A stretch of DNA of 32,000 bases from Alkalilimnicola ehrlichii MLHE-1 (GCF_000014785.1 NC_008340.1:1170001-1202000); one strand, 5' to 3'; positions 15,266 to 25,259 are shown, counted from the stretch's first letter. Program-made: numbers and translations. Notes: a model not told the origin generated them from the letters alone.

Positions 15266-17929
15266 ATGACGGTCAGAAACCTGGAACACCTCTTTCAACC
15301 CCGGGCGATCGCCCTGATTGGCACCGGTGGTGATACCGACAGCCTGCTGTTGCGCAACCTGGTCGGTGCCGGTTTCCGTGGTCCGGTGATGCCGGTCATG
15401 CCCGGTAAGCGGGCCCTGCATGGGGTGTTGTGTTACCCGGATGTGGAGAGCCTGCCAATGGTCCCGGATCTGGCGGTCCTGGATGTGCCGTTCAATCGGG
15501 TACCCGACGCCATCCGTGCGCTGGGCGAGAAGGGCACCCGGGCGGCGGTGCTGGTCGGCAAACCGGCACCGAACCTGAGCCCGGAGGACTACCGGGCCCA
15601 GATCCAGGCGGTGCTGGATGCGGCTAAGCCCTTCCTGCTGCGCCTGTTGGGTCCCGGTTGCATCGACCTGACGGTACCGCGCACCGGGGTCAACGCCAGT
15701 GTCGCTCCCTTCCGGCCCGGGGCTGGGCGCGCGGCCCTGGTCACGGAGTCGGCGGCCGTGGCCACCCGTGCGTTGGACTGGTGCCAGTCAGAGGGCTTGG
15801 GCTTGAGTCATCTGATCCACCTGGGTGGCGCGATGGACGTGGATACCGGCGACGTCCTGGATTATCTGGCTAGCGATGTGCACAGCCGCGCCATCCTGCT
15901 CTACCTCGAGTACATCGACGATGCCCGGAAGTTCATGTCGGCGGCGCGGCGCGCGGCGCGCGTCAAGCCGGTGGTGGTGCTCAAGCCGCGCCGCGGCAGC
16001 AAGGGGGCGGCCGAGGACGCCGTCTATGAGGCCGCTTTCCGGCGGGCCGGGCTGGTCCGGGTGGCCGACTTGGATGAGTTGTTCAACGCGGTGGAGATTC
16101 TCACTTCAGCGAGAAAACCGGGGCGCCAGGGGCCGTTGGCGGTGCTCGGTAACAGCCGCAGTCTGGGCCTGTTGGCGGCGAATGAGTTGGAGGCCTACGG
16201 CGGTACGCTGGAGGGCCTGTCGGAGGAGAGCAGTGAGGGCCTGGCGCTACTGGCCCGCGACCCGGAATCCACCGCCAATCCGCTGGACCTGGGCGGTGAC
16301 GCCGACGCCGACGCCTACGGCAAGGCACTGGACACCCTGGCCGGGGACAAGCGCATCGGTGGCACCCTGGTGATCAACCAACCCAACGAGCTGGTGGACA
16401 ACACGGCCATTGTCGATGTGCTGGAGGCGCATGCCCGTAAGAGCCGCCGTGCCGTGCTGGCGGTCTGGTCCGGTCCACGCGCTGGTGCCAGGGGCCGCGA
16501 GCGGCTGAAGCAGACCATGCCGGCCTTCGAGGGTCCGGAAGAGGCGGTGCGCGCCTATATGCGCCTGGTCCAGTACCAGCGCAACCAGGAATTGTTGATG
16601 GAGACCCCCACCTCCATGCCGGAGGCGTTCGAGACCGATCCGGAGTCGGCCCGGCTGCTGATCAGCGCGGCACTGACCGCCGGCCGCGATCAGCTCAACG
16701 AGTACCAGGCGCAGCAATTGCTGACTGCCTACGAGATTCCCTGTGTCCCCAGCCGGCGGGCCACCACCCCCGAGGAGGCCGGGCGGGAGGCGGCGGCCAT
16801 GGAAGGGCCCCTGGCGCTGAAGATCATGTCGCCGGATATCGTGCACAAGTCCGAGGTGCGGGGGGTGGCACTGGACCTGGAGTCACCGGAGGCGGTGGTC
16901 CAAGAGGCCCACGCCATGGAGGCGCGGCTGCGTGAGCTCTATCCCGATGCCCGGGTGGATGGCTACCTGCTGCAGCCGATGACCCCCCGGGAAGGGGCGT
17001 TTGAATTATGTGTCGCTGTTATGCCGGGGGGGCGCTTCGGACCAGTGATCCGGTTCGGACACGGGGGCACCGAGGCGCAGGTTATTGCCGATGTGGCCTA
17101 CGGCTTGCCGCCGCTCAACATGCATCTGGCCCGCGAGATGATGAGCCAGACGCGGATCTACTCCATGCTCGCCAGCAACCGGTTGCGGGCGGCGGATCTG
17201 GACGCCCTGGCGCTGACGCTGATCAAGGTCTCGCAGATGGTGATTGACTTCGAGGCCATCGAGTCGTTGGAGATCAACCCCCTCTGGGCTACCGCCGAGG
17301 GCGTGGTGGCGCTGGACTCACGGGTGGTCATCCGCCCGCCCTACACCGGTGATCCCGCCCGCCGGCTCGCCATCCGGCCCTATCCCAAGGAGCTCGAGGA
17401 GGAGCTGAACCTCCCCAACGGCCGGCGTTTCCTGCTGCGGCCGATCCTGCCGGAGGATGAGCCGGCCCTGACCAAGATGGTGGAACGGACCCCGCCCGAA
17501 CAGCTTCGCCTGCGCTTTTTCCGCACCATCCGCACGCTGCCCCATGAGATGGCGGCCCGGCTCACGCAGATCGACTATGACCGGGAGATGGCGTTGGCGG
17601 TGACCGATCCGGGGTTGCCAGGCCAGGTGGAATTGTGGGGCGTGGTGCGGATCAGCGCGGACCCGGATAACGAGACGGCCGAATACGCCATCATGGTGGA
17701 CAACAATGTCACCGGCATGGGCCTGGGGCCGCTGTTGATGCGGCGGATCGTGGAGTATGCCCGCCAGCGCGGCATCCGCGAGGTTTACGGGGAGGTGCTG
17801 CGCGAGAACCGGCCTATGTTACGGATCAACGAGGCCATGGGCTTTACGGTAAAGACGTCGGTGGATGATCCCAACGTCATGCATGTCACCCTGCGGTTGG
17901 ATGGCAACGGTGACGACACGGCGGGCTGA
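15266..17929 (+). CDS. Acetate--CoA ligase (ADP-forming)-like / GNAT N-acetyltransferase fusion (Pat-type protein acetyltransferase)
   Basis: 887 aa: CoA-binding N terminus (RAIALIGTGGDTDSLLLRNLVGAGFRGPVMPVMPG), ATP-grasp part (ALKIMSPDIVHKSEVRGVAL), C-terminal GNAT domain (YAIMVDNNVTGMGLGPLLMRRIVEYARQRGIREVYGEVLRENRPMLRINEAMGF). Confidence 0.93.
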   Translation: MTVRNLEHLFQPRAIALIGTGGDTDSLLLRNLVGAGFRGPVMPVMPGKRALHGVLCYPDVESLPMVPDLAVLDVPFNRVPDAIRALGEKGTRAAVLVGKPAPNLSPEDYRAQIQAVLDAAKPFLLRLLGPGCIDLTVPRTGVNASVAPFRPGAGRAALVTESAAVATRALDWCQSEGLGLSHLIHLGGAMDVDTGDVLDYLASDVHSRAILLYLEYIDDARKFMSAARRAARVKPVVVLKPRRGSKGAAEDAVYEAAFRRAGLVRVADLDELFNAVEILTSARKPGRQGPLAVLGNSRSLGLLAANELEAYGGTLEGLSEESSEGLALLARDPESTANPLDLGGDADADAYGKALDTLAGDKRIGGTLVINQPNELVDNTAIVDVLEAHARKSRRAVLAVWSGPRAGARGRERLKQTMPAFEGPEEAVRAYMRLVQYQRNQELLMETPTSMPEAFETDPESARLLISAALTAGRDQLNEYQAQQLLTAYEIPCVPSRRATTPEEAGREAAAMEGPLALKIMSPDIVHKSEVRGVALDLESPEAVVQEAHAMEARLRELYPDARVDGYLLQPMTPREGAFELCVAVMPGGRFGPVIRFGHGGTEAQVIADVAYGLPPLNMHLAREMMSQTRIYSMLASNRLRAADLDALALTLIKVSQMVIDFEAIESLEINPLWATAEGVVALDSRVVIRPPYTGDPARRLAIRPYPKELEEELNLPNGRRFLLRPILPEDEPALTKMVERTPPEQLRLRFFRTIRTLPHEMAARLTQIDYDREMALAVTDPGLPGQVELWGVVRISADPDNETAEYAIMVDNNVTGMGLGPLLMRRIVEYARQRGIREVYGEVLRENRPMLRINEAMGFTVKTSVDDPNVMHVTLRLDGNGDDTAG

Positions 17930-17931
17930 AC

Positions 17932-18372
17932 TCAGTCACCCGTGGCCAGCGCGGTGTGCAGGGCCCTCAGCCCGGGATGCCGACGCCGCAGGCTCTCCTC
18001 CGGCACCGCGGTGGGGCGGTCCGTGCCCAGGTAGCGCAGGTGGCTGCCACAGGCGGCACGGCAGTCGCTGGCGCCGAAACCGGGGATCAGCACCCGGCCG
18101 CCAACGGCGGCATTCTCAAGGCATTCCGGTCGTGCGCTGAGCCGCACGTGCACCACCCGCGCTTCCCGCCGGGTGAGCAGCCAGTCGATATGCCAGCGGC
18201 GCGGTTTGTCGCGCCGCAGGTGGCGTTCCACCCGAGCCGCCAGGTTGCGCCGGGCACTGCCTGTGTAAACGTACCAGCCGGCGGGCAGCCGGTGGCCGGG
18301 CAGGCGCCCGGCCCGGATCCGGCAGGGACGTCTCAGGCGGATGTAGAGTTGGTAGGTGACCTCATTCGCCAC
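17932..18372 (-). CDS. GIY-YIG nuclease family protein (DUF123-type)
   Basis: 146 aa; GWYVYTGSARRNLAARVERHLRRDKPRRWHIDWLLTR, conserved C-terminal FGASDC. Confidence 0.8.
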   Translation of the reverse strand: MANEVTYQLYIRLRRPCRIRAGRLPGHRLPAGWYVYTGSARRNLAARVERHLRRDKPRRWHIDWLLTRREARVVHVRLSARPECLENAAVGGRVLIPGFGASDCRAACGSHLRYLGTDRPTAVPEESLRRRHPGLRALHTALATGD

Positions 18373-18547
18373 GGGCGATCCGGGCCATCAGGTCCGGCTG
18401 CACGATCTCGATTTCGATATGGCGGCTCATGGTATGGCCTCCGGTTTCCGCCGGTGGTGTGCGGGGTATCCCGATCCGGTGCTCCGATGGTATCACCGAA
18501 CCGGGACGCGACCCCTTCAAGGTGTCAGCGGCCCGCTGCCGCCCCGG

Positions 18548-20551
18548 TCAGAATCGGGTGGCCACCTTCATCCAGTACTGGCGGCCGGGCTCGTTAAGGG
18601 GTGCGAACCTCCCGTTCGGGTCCAGGTCCGGGCTGCCGCCCTGGATGTGTTCCCGGTATTTCCTGTCGAACACGTTGTCCACGCCGATGGTGGCGTGGGT
18701 TTGCTGGGTGAAGCGGTGGCCGGCGTAGAGGCCCAGGGTGGCGAAGCCGGGCGTCTCACCGGTATCCACGCTGTAGATGGTGCCGAAGCCCTCATGGATT
18801 CTGTCCTGGCGCTCCACCGCCCGGACCACACCGCCGGCGAACCAGCGGCCGTCGTCGTAGTCCAGGCTGAGCGTGCCCTCCAGGGGCGGGGTCTGGGCCA
18901 GCGGCTCGTTGTCGCTGTCGTTGTCCGCACGCACCCAGGCGAGCGTGGTGGTGGAGGAGAGCGTCGGGCTGAAGCGGTAGGTCAGGTCCGCCTCCAGGCC
19001 GTAATGGCTGGCACTGATATTACGGGCATCGGGGTCGCCGGACTCGGCACCGACCAGGATGTAGTTGCTGAACTCGCCGTAAAAGGCGGACAGTGTGGCG
19101 TTCACCCGCGTGCCCCGCCACTGGACGCCGGCATCCAACTGGGTCAGACGTTCGGTCTCCAGGTCGAAGTCCTTCATCCGCTCCCAGAAGTCCGGGGCGC
19201 GCTCCGCGGCACCCACACCGATGTTGAGGGTGAGGGGCAGGTCGGCCAAATCTCGCTCGTAGCGGGCGAAGCCACTCCAGAGGGTGTTGCGGTCCGTGGT
19301 ACCCGGAGTAGCGCCCCCATACATGGATTCGGCCTCGGCCCGGTTGCGATCGATCCGGGCGCCGAAGAAGACATAGTCGCGAGCCGTCAGCCCATGTTCT
19401 AACTCCGCATACATCCCGTAGTCGCGGAACTCCGCAGTATCGTTCCGGGAATAATCAGTGCTCAGCACCTCCTGCAGGGTGTTGGCACCCCCCATGGTGG
19501 TCCGGCGGCCCCGACCGTGCTCGTCCTCGGTGTAGTCCAGGCCGACGGTCAACCAGGTCTGTTCCGCCAGCACCAGCTCGGCATCCACTTTGGCGCCGGT
19601 GGTGCGCCGGTCCGGGAAGCTCACCGTCTGCTGAGGGGCGCTGCGCATGCGGAAGTTGTCCATCACGTGGTCCACATAGCTGTAGAACGCCTTGAACTCC
19701 ACCGCGTCCAGCCAGGGGGTGAGGGCCTCGCGGCGGGCGGTGAGACTGTAGCCCGTCCGGTCGAAGGTGGTGCCGTCCATCATCCGGTCGCCGTAGGCTG
19801 CCTCGGCGTCACTGCGCTCGTAGGCGAACTCCAGGTTGGTGAATTCATCCGGCGTCCAGCCGAGGATGCCGGTCCCGCTCCAGCGCTCGAACTGCGAGTG
19901 CAGCTTGTCGCCGTCACCGTCCCGGTAGTCGTCCTGTTTGGAGATCGTGCCGATGATGCGAGCGTAGCCCTCGCTGCTGCCGGCGGTCACGTCGGCCATC
20001 AGATCGGTGCGGTCGAAACGGCCCACCGTCATGCTGGCGTGGCCGGTGACGGTGGGCTCATCGAATCGCTGCGGGTCCCGCTGGAAGTCCACCACCCCGG
20101 CCGGTGCGGCACCGTAGCGGACCGTCTGCGGCCCCTTGAAAATGCGCACCCGGTCGTAGCTCTCCGGGTAGATATAGGCGGTGGGCGGGTCCATCCGCTG
20201 GCCGCAGCCGCCGAGCACCGGATGGCCGTCCATCAGGATGTTCAGGCGGCCACCCCCCTGGCCGCGCAGCTCCGGGTCGCCGCTGGTGCCCCCCTTACGG
20301 CTGGTGGTGAACCCGGGAATGGACTTGAGGAAACTGCCACCGTCCTGGGCCGGCAGCGGCAGGCGGGCCTGGCGCGGATCGGTCTCCAGTTCGCCGGGGC
20401 TCGTCATTACCGGCGCGGTGATCACAATGGGGGCCAGGTGGCCGTGGCCACCGGCGTGCGTCTGCGGCGGGGTACCCAGCAGCCCGGCACCGGTGATGGC
20501 GCCCAGGGCGATGAAGTAGGTTGCATGGCGGGTGCGCGATGACGCTGGCAT
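18548..20551 (-). CDS. TonB-dependent copper receptor (OprC/NosA type)
   Basis: 667 aa; plug-domain region SIPGFTTSRKGGTSGDPELRGQGGGRLNILMDGHPVLGGCGQRMDPPTAYIYPESYDRVRIFKGPQTVRYG, C-terminal beta-barrel ending in F (YWMKVATRF). Confidence 0.88.
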   Translation of the reverse strand: MPASSRTRHATYFIALGAITGAGLLGTPPQTHAGGHGHLAPIVITAPVMTSPGELETDPRQARLPLPAQDGGSFLKSIPGFTTSRKGGTSGDPELRGQGGGRLNILMDGHPVLGGCGQRMDPPTAYIYPESYDRVRIFKGPQTVRYGAAPAGVVDFQRDPQRFDEPTVTGHASMTVGRFDRTDLMADVTAGSSEGYARIIGTISKQDDYRDGDGDKLHSQFERWSGTGILGWTPDEFTNLEFAYERSDAEAAYGDRMMDGTTFDRTGYSLTARREALTPWLDAVEFKAFYSYVDHVMDNFRMRSAPQQTVSFPDRRTTGAKVDAELVLAEQTWLTVGLDYTEDEHGRGRRTTMGGANTLQEVLSTDYSRNDTAEFRDYGMYAELEHGLTARDYVFFGARIDRNRAEAESMYGGATPGTTDRNTLWSGFARYERDLADLPLTLNIGVGAAERAPDFWERMKDFDLETERLTQLDAGVQWRGTRVNATLSAFYGEFSNYILVGAESGDPDARNISASHYGLEADLTYRFSPTLSSTTTLAWVRADNDSDNEPLAQTPPLEGTLSLDYDDGRWFAGGVVRAVERQDRIHEGFGTIYSVDTGETPGFATLGLYAGHRFTQQTHATIGVDNVFDRKYREHIQGGSPDLDPNGRFAPLNEPGRQYWMKVATRF

Positions 20552-20832
20552 ATCGTTTTGCTCCTGATTTTATTTGCTGCGCGGGATGGGTTGATTGGGC
20601 TATCCAGAGCAAGAAGCACGCCGGCGCTGGGTTTTTCCCAACACCCTGAATAATCACGCTGTTTTCTTTGGAACGGGACTGACTATCATCCCGGCCCCCG
20701 GCGGGGTGTGTTATTTCACACAGCCGCGTGGCAAATACCCGGGTGGCGGCCTGCCGTGGCGGTCAACGCCCCCGGTTGCAGCCGTCGCCCTGGCAGCGCA
20801 GCATGAGGACAATGCGTAAAGGAGGTGGGACC

Positions 20833-21276
20833 ATGCAGTACCTGCACACCATGGTGCGTGTCAGCGATCTCGATGCGTCACTGGATTTCTACTGCAACAA
20901 GCTCGGGCTGGTGGAGATCAGCCGTAAGGAGAGCGAAAAGGGGCGTTTTACCCTGGTCTTCCTGGCGGCCCCGGACGACGAGGCGCGGGCGCGCAGCGCG
21001 GACAAGGCGCCGATGTTGGAGCTGACCTACAACTGGGACCCGGAGACCTATACCGGTGGCCGCAACTTCGGCCACCTGGCCTTCCGGGTGCCGGATATCT
21101 ATGGGCTGTGCCAGCGGTTGATGGACAGCGGCGTCACCATCAACCGGCCGCCCCGGGACGGCCACATGGCCTTCGTCCGCTCGCCGGATGGCATCTCCAT
21201 TGAGCTGCTGCAGGCGGGTGAGGCGCTGCCGCCCAAAGAGCCCTGGGCCTCCATGGCGAACACCGGCACGTGGTAG
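20833..21276 (+). CDS. gloA: Lactoylglutathione lyase (glyoxalase I, VOC family)
   Basis: [26 protein letters not shown]...[23 protein letters not shown]...[11 protein letters not shown]; start after GGAGG; the track start at 20728 is too far upstream. Confidence 0.92.
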   Translation: MQYLHTMVRVSDLDASLDFYCNKLGLVEISRKESEKGRFTLVFLAAPDDEARARSADKAPMLELTYNWDPETYTGGRNFGHLAFRVPDIYGLCQRLMDSGVTINRPPRDGHMAFVRSPDGISIELLQAGEALPPKEPWASMANTGTW

Positions 21277-21308
21277 GTCGGCTGCACCGTCCCGGGCGTC
21301 AGCTGCGC

Positions 21309-21337
21309 TTGGCAAGACGGATTGCGCTCGCTACAAT
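21309..21337 (+). promoter_or_regulatory. Putative sigma-70 promoter of the metal ABC transporter operon
   Basis: TTGGCA (21309-21314), 17-nt spacer, TACAAT (21332-21337). Confidence 0.65.
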
Positions 21338-21338
21338 C

Positions 21339-21351
21339 AAGAATGATTCTT
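21339..21351. promoter_or_regulatory. 6-1-6 dyad AAGAAT-G-ATTCTT, candidate Fur/MntR/Zur-like metalloregulator operator
   Basis: Perfect inverted repeat overlapping the expected transcription start and upstream of the metal-binding protein gene. Confidence 0.5.
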
Positions 21352-21380
21352 AAACGCAATTCAATAAGGGGGCTTGCCGG

Positions 21381-22292
21381 ATGAAGGCGTGGAAGCTGGT
21401 GACTGTGGCCCTGTTGCCGTTCGTATTGATGGCTTGCGGCGGCGGCAACGCCGCCGAGGGGGAGCGCCCCCGGGTGGTGGCGACCTTCTCCATCCTCGGG
21501 GACCTGACCCGTGAAGTGGCGGGGGATGATGTCGACCTCACGGTATTGACACCCATCGGTGCCGAGGTCCACGAGTGGGAGTTGAGCCCCAATAACTTCA
21601 TGGCGTTGGAGCGCGCCGACCTGGTGCTGTACAACGGTTATCAACTGGAGCAGTGGATGGGCCAGGTGGCGGCCACGGTCGCTGAGGGGGTGCCAATGGT
21701 GCCGGTGGCCGAGCGCAGCGGCCACGACACCCTGCCGATTGTCACCGGGGATTATGAGGGCGACCCCGACCCTCATCTGTGGATGGATCCACGCGCTGCC
21801 GCCGGTTACGCCCGGGCCATTGGCCGGGCCCTGGGTGAGGTGCACCCGGAGCGGGCGGACGCCTTTGAAGAGCGGGCCGAAGACCTGGCCGGGCGTCTGC
21901 TGGATCTGCACACCGAACTGACCGAGGCCTTGTCGGCCGTCCCCGAGGAACGTCGGCTGCTGATCACCAGTGAGGCGGCCTTCGTCTACTTTGCCGACGC
22001 CTATGGGTTTGTCCATGACGGCGTCTGGGGCACCAACGCGGAGACCGAGGGCTCCCCGCGCCAGATCATGCGCATCGTCGACCTGGTACGGCAGAAGAAT
22101 CCGGGTGCCGTATTTTGGGAAAGCACGATCTCCGATCGCCATGTGCGCAGTGTCGCCGAGGACACCGGGGTCGATGTCGCCGGGCCGCTTTATGTGGATT
22201 CGCTGGGCGGGGCGGGCAGCGGGGCAGAAGATTATTTCTCGCTGATGCGTCACAATGTGCGGCTTATCAAGGAGTCGCTGTCGGAGCTGTAA
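21381..22292 (+). CDS. Metal (Mn/Zn/Fe) ABC transporter substrate-binding lipoprotein
   Basis: 303 aa; lipobox LMACGG, VATFSILGDLTREVAGDDVDLTVLTPIGAEVHEWELSPNN, DPHLWMDP, SEAAFVYFADAYGF. Confidence 0.92.
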   Translation: MKAWKLVTVALLPFVLMACGGGNAAEGERPRVVATFSILGDLTREVAGDDVDLTVLTPIGAEVHEWELSPNNFMALERADLVLYNGYQLEQWMGQVAATVAEGVPMVPVAERSGHDTLPIVTGDYEGDPDPHLWMDPRAAAGYARAIGRALGEVHPERADAFEERAEDLAGRLLDLHTELTEALSAVPEERRLLITSEAAFVYFADAYGFVHDGVWGTNAETEGSPRQIMRIVDLVRQKNPGAVFWESTISDRHVRSVAEDTGVDVAGPLYVDSLGGAGSGAEDYFSLMRHNVRLIKESLSEL

Positions 22293-22294
22293 GC

Positions 22295-23119
22295 GTGATC
22301 GAGCCCCCCTCCGGGAAAATCGTCGCCCCGGCCGCGGTGGAAGCTGAAAAGCTGTACGCGGCCTATGAGGGTGAGCCGGTGCTAGCGCATGTGGATGTGC
22401 GCCTGCCGGCCGGGCAGTGGACGGCGATCATCGGACCCAACGGGGCGGGTAAGTCCACGCTGTTCCGGATCCTGGTTGGCTCCATGCGCCCGGTGCGTGG
22501 CCGGGTCACCGTGCTTGGCGATACGCCCGCCCGTAAGCGCCGGCAGGGCGCGGTGGCCTATATGGCGCAACAGGAGGCCATTGAGTGGGACTTCCCGATA
22601 TCGGTGCGGGACGCGGTATTGACGGGGCGTTACGGCCACATGCGCGGCGACCCCGCCTGGCGCCGCCTCATGCCACCGCGTTTTGTCCACCCTCGTCACT
22701 GGGTTGCGGTGGACGAGGCGCTGGCGGCGGTGGACATGACTGCTTATGCCGAGCGCCCCATCGGCGCCTTGTCCGGTGGTCAGAAGAAGCGCGTGCTGCT
22801 GGCGCGAGCCCTGGCCCAGCGGGCCGAGGTGCTGCTGCTGGACGAGCCGCTGGCGGGGGTGGATGCCGCCAGCGAGGCCCTGATCCTCGACGTGCTCGCC
22901 CGGGAGCGTGCCGCCGGCCGTACGGTGGTGATGGTGACCCACGATCTGGTCAGTGCGCGTGAGTACGCAGACCAGGTGCTGTTGCTGAATCGCACCGTGA
23001 TCGGCATGGGTCGGCCTGAGGAGATGTTGGTGGATGAGATGCTCGCCCGCATGGCGGCTGTGGGCTGGCGGGGCCCGTCGCCGGAGCGCGCCGAGCAGCC
23101 CCGGGAGGCCTGGCGGTGA
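22295..23119 (+). CDS. Metal ABC transporter ATP-binding protein
   Basis: Walker A IGPNGAGKSTL, signature LSGGQKKRVLLARAL, Walker B VLLLDEPLAGVD. GTG at 22295 just after the preceding stop; the track start at 22115 overlaps the previous gene. Confidence 0.92.
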   Translation: MIEPPSGKIVAPAAVEAEKLYAAYEGEPVLAHVDVRLPAGQWTAIIGPNGAGKSTLFRILVGSMRPVRGRVTVLGDTPARKRRQGAVAYMAQQEAIEWDFPISVRDAVLTGRYGHMRGDPAWRRLMPPRFVHPRHWVAVDEALAAVDMTAYAERPIGALSGGQKKRVLLARALAQRAEVLLLDEPLAGVDAASEALILDVLARERAAGRTVVMVTHDLVSAREYADQVLLLNRTVIGMGRPEEMLVDEMLARMAAVGWRGPSPERAEQPREAWR

Positions 23120-24057
23120 TGGACATGCTGGAGGCATTGGGGCTGGCGCTGGTGGATGCCCTGCTGGCGGTGCTGCTGCTGGTGGTGGGGCTGCTGCCGG
23201 AGCCCCTGGCGGCCCCCTTTGAATACGGCTTCATGCAGCGGGCGCTGCTCACCTCCGTGCTGGTGGGCACCGTTTGCGGCATGCTCTCCTGCTATGTGGT
23301 GCTCAAGCGCTGGTCGCTGCTGGGTGATGCCATCTCTCACGCGGTGCTGCCGGGGGTGGCGGTGGCCTACCTCCTGGGTTGGCCCTTTTTTATCGGTGCA
23401 TTCATCACCGGTGCCCTGACCTCCCTGGGTATCGGTGCCATTGAACGCCACACCCGGATCAAGTCCGATGCCGCCATGGGGCTGATGTTCACGGCCGCCT
23501 TTGCGCTGGGTATCGTGATCATAAGCAAGATCGCCTCCAGCACCCACCTGATGCACATCCTGTTCGGCAATGTGCTGGGCGTGCAGCATTCGGCGCTGCT
23601 GTTGACCCTGGTATCCGGCATTGTTGCCTTTCTGGTGGTCTGGTTATTCTATCGGCCGCTGCTGCTGTACACCTTCGACCCGCTTCAGGCGCAGGCCCTG
23701 GGGTTTCGCACCGGGGCCATCCACTATGGCCTGATCCTGCTGCTGACCCTGACCATTGTCGCCAGCCTGGAGACGGTGGGGATCATCCTGGTGGTGGCCA
23801 TGCTGATCACCCCCGGCGCCACCGCCCACCTGCTCACCGAGCGGCTGACCACCATGATGCTGCTCTCTATCGGCGTTGGGGTGATATCGGCCGTGGTGGG
23901 GCTGTACCTCTCCTTCTTCTTCGACGTGGCCTCCGGCGGGGCCATTGTCCTGGTCGCCACCGGTCTCTTTCTGATCGCCCTGCTGCTGGCACCCCGCCAC
24001 GGCCTGTTGGCCCGTTGGTGGCGGCGGCGCAGCGTTCCGACCCTCCCCGGGGCCTGA
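23116..24057 (+). CDS. Metal ABC transporter permease
   Basis: 313-aa polytopic protein with ABC-3 family features (LKRWSLLGDAISHAVLPGVAVAYLLG); 4-bp overlap with the ATPase gene. Confidence 0.92.
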   Translation: MMDMLEALGLALVDALLAVLLLVVGLLPEPLAAPFEYGFMQRALLTSVLVGTVCGMLSCYVVLKRWSLLGDAISHAVLPGVAVAYLLGWPFFIGAFITGALTSLGIGAIERHTRIKSDAAMGLMFTAAFALGIVIISKIASSTHLMHILFGNVLGVQHSALLLTLVSGIVAFLVVWLFYRPLLLYTFDPLQAQALGFRTGAIHYGLILLLTLTIVASLETVGIILVVAMLITPGATAHLLTERLTTMMLLSIGVGVISAVVGLYLSFFFDVASGGAIVLVATGLFLIALLLAPRHGLLARWWRRRSVPTLPGA

Positions 24058-24068
24058 GCGCAACCGGC

Positions 24069-25259
24069 TCAGATTTCCCGCAGTGCGTGCCGGTTCATAC
24101 GGTGCAGGGCCAGCAGGCCCAGCACCGGTCCGGGGAGCAGCCACCACATCACCCCCAGCTCCTGCTGCGACCAGAAATGGGTGGTTAGCGCAATGGCGGG
24201 CAGGGTCATGGCAAAGCCGATGGCGTTCATGATAGCCAGCGCCGCGCCCAGGCGCGCGCGCGGCGCCGTCGCCGATGCCAGGGCGGAGAACTGGGGCGAG
24301 TCGGCGATCACGGCCAGCCCCCAAACGGCAAGTAGTGCCAGAAGGAAGAGGGGTGGGGCATCCCCCAGCAGCGGATAGAGCAGGCACAGGGTGCCGGAGA
24401 TGGCCAGGGTCAGGCGGGCCACATTGAAGCTGCTCAGCCAGCGGCTGATGCGCCCGCCCCAGACGCAGCCGGGCAGGCCCAGGGCGATGACCGCGAAGGC
24501 CAACCAGGGCAGCCAGCCCGGGCCCAGTGCCAGGCGCTCGATCTCGCGGCCGACCAGGAAAGGCACCAGGGTCCAGAAGGCGTACAACTCCCAGCAGTGC
24601 CCGAAGTAGCCGAAGGCCGAAGCCCGGAAGTTGCCGCAGCCGAAGGCTGCTAGCCCGGCCCAGGGCCGGCCACCCGGCGCCGGTCCGGGCAGCTCGGGGC
24701 CATCACCGAGGGAATGGATGAGCCAGGCCGCCACCAGCGCCAGGCCGGAGGCCAGCAGCAGCGGCCACTGCCAGGGCAGTTCGAAGGTGGCCCCGCGCAG
24801 CAGGTGAGGCAGGGCGGTGCCCAGGGTCAGCATGCCCACCAGCCAGCCCAGCGCCGCGCCGGCGTAGCGGGGCGTCCAACTGACTACCAGTTTCATACCC
24901 AGGGGATAGATCCCCGCCAGGCACAGGCCGGTGAGAAAGCGGGCTGTCACCCCCAGGTGGAGATCACCCGCCACCAGGATGAAGCCGGCGTTGATCACCG
25001 CGCCGGTCACCGCCGCAATGGCGAACAGCCGGCTTGCCCGCACCCGGTCGGCGAGCCCCGTGGTGGCAATGATCAGGGTGCCGGTGATGAAGCCGGCCTG
25101 AACCGCCATGGTGAGCAGGCCCAGGCCGGTGTCGCTGAGCGCCACCGCTTCGCTGAGGGCCAGCCCCACGCCGTTGACACTGAACCAAAGCGAGGTGCCG
25201 AACAGCTGGGCGATGACAATGACGGCCAGCGGATGCCGCGCGAGTCGGTTCCTTAGCAT
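24069..25259 (-). CDS. MFS transporter
   Basis: 396 aa with ~12 hydrophobic segments, starts LARHPLAVIVIAQLFGTSLWFSVNGV. Confidence 0.85.
   Translation of the reverse strand: MLRNRLARHPLAVIVIAQLFGTSLWFSVNGVGLALSEAVALSDTGLGLLTMAVQAGFITGTLIIATTGLADRVRASRLFAIAAVTGAVINAGFILVAGDLHLGVTARFLTGLCLAGIYPLGMKLVVSWTPRYAGAALGWLVGMLTLGTALPHLLRGATFELPWQWPLLLASGLALVAAWLIHSLGDGPELPGPAPGGRPWAGLAAFGCGNFRASAFGYFGHCWELYAFWTLVPFLVGREIERLALGPGWLPWLAFAVIALGLPGCVWGGRISRWLSSFNVARLTLAISGTLCLLYPLLGDAPPLFLLALLAVWGLAVIADSPQFSALASATAPRARLGAALAIMNAIGFAMTLPAIALTTHFWSQQELGVMWWLLPGPVLGLLALHRMNRHALREI

Noticed and set aside
18356-20542. Plus-strand ORFs of 348 and 341 aa
   Set aside because: Antisense to the TonB-dependent copper receptor; shadow ORFs.
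20706-20721. GTGTG-TTATTT-CACAC dyad as a CRP-like site upstream of gloA or the copper receptor
   Set aside because: Spacing between the half-sites does not fit the CRP consensus (TGTGA-N6-TCACA) and the arms are only 5 bp; too weak to call.
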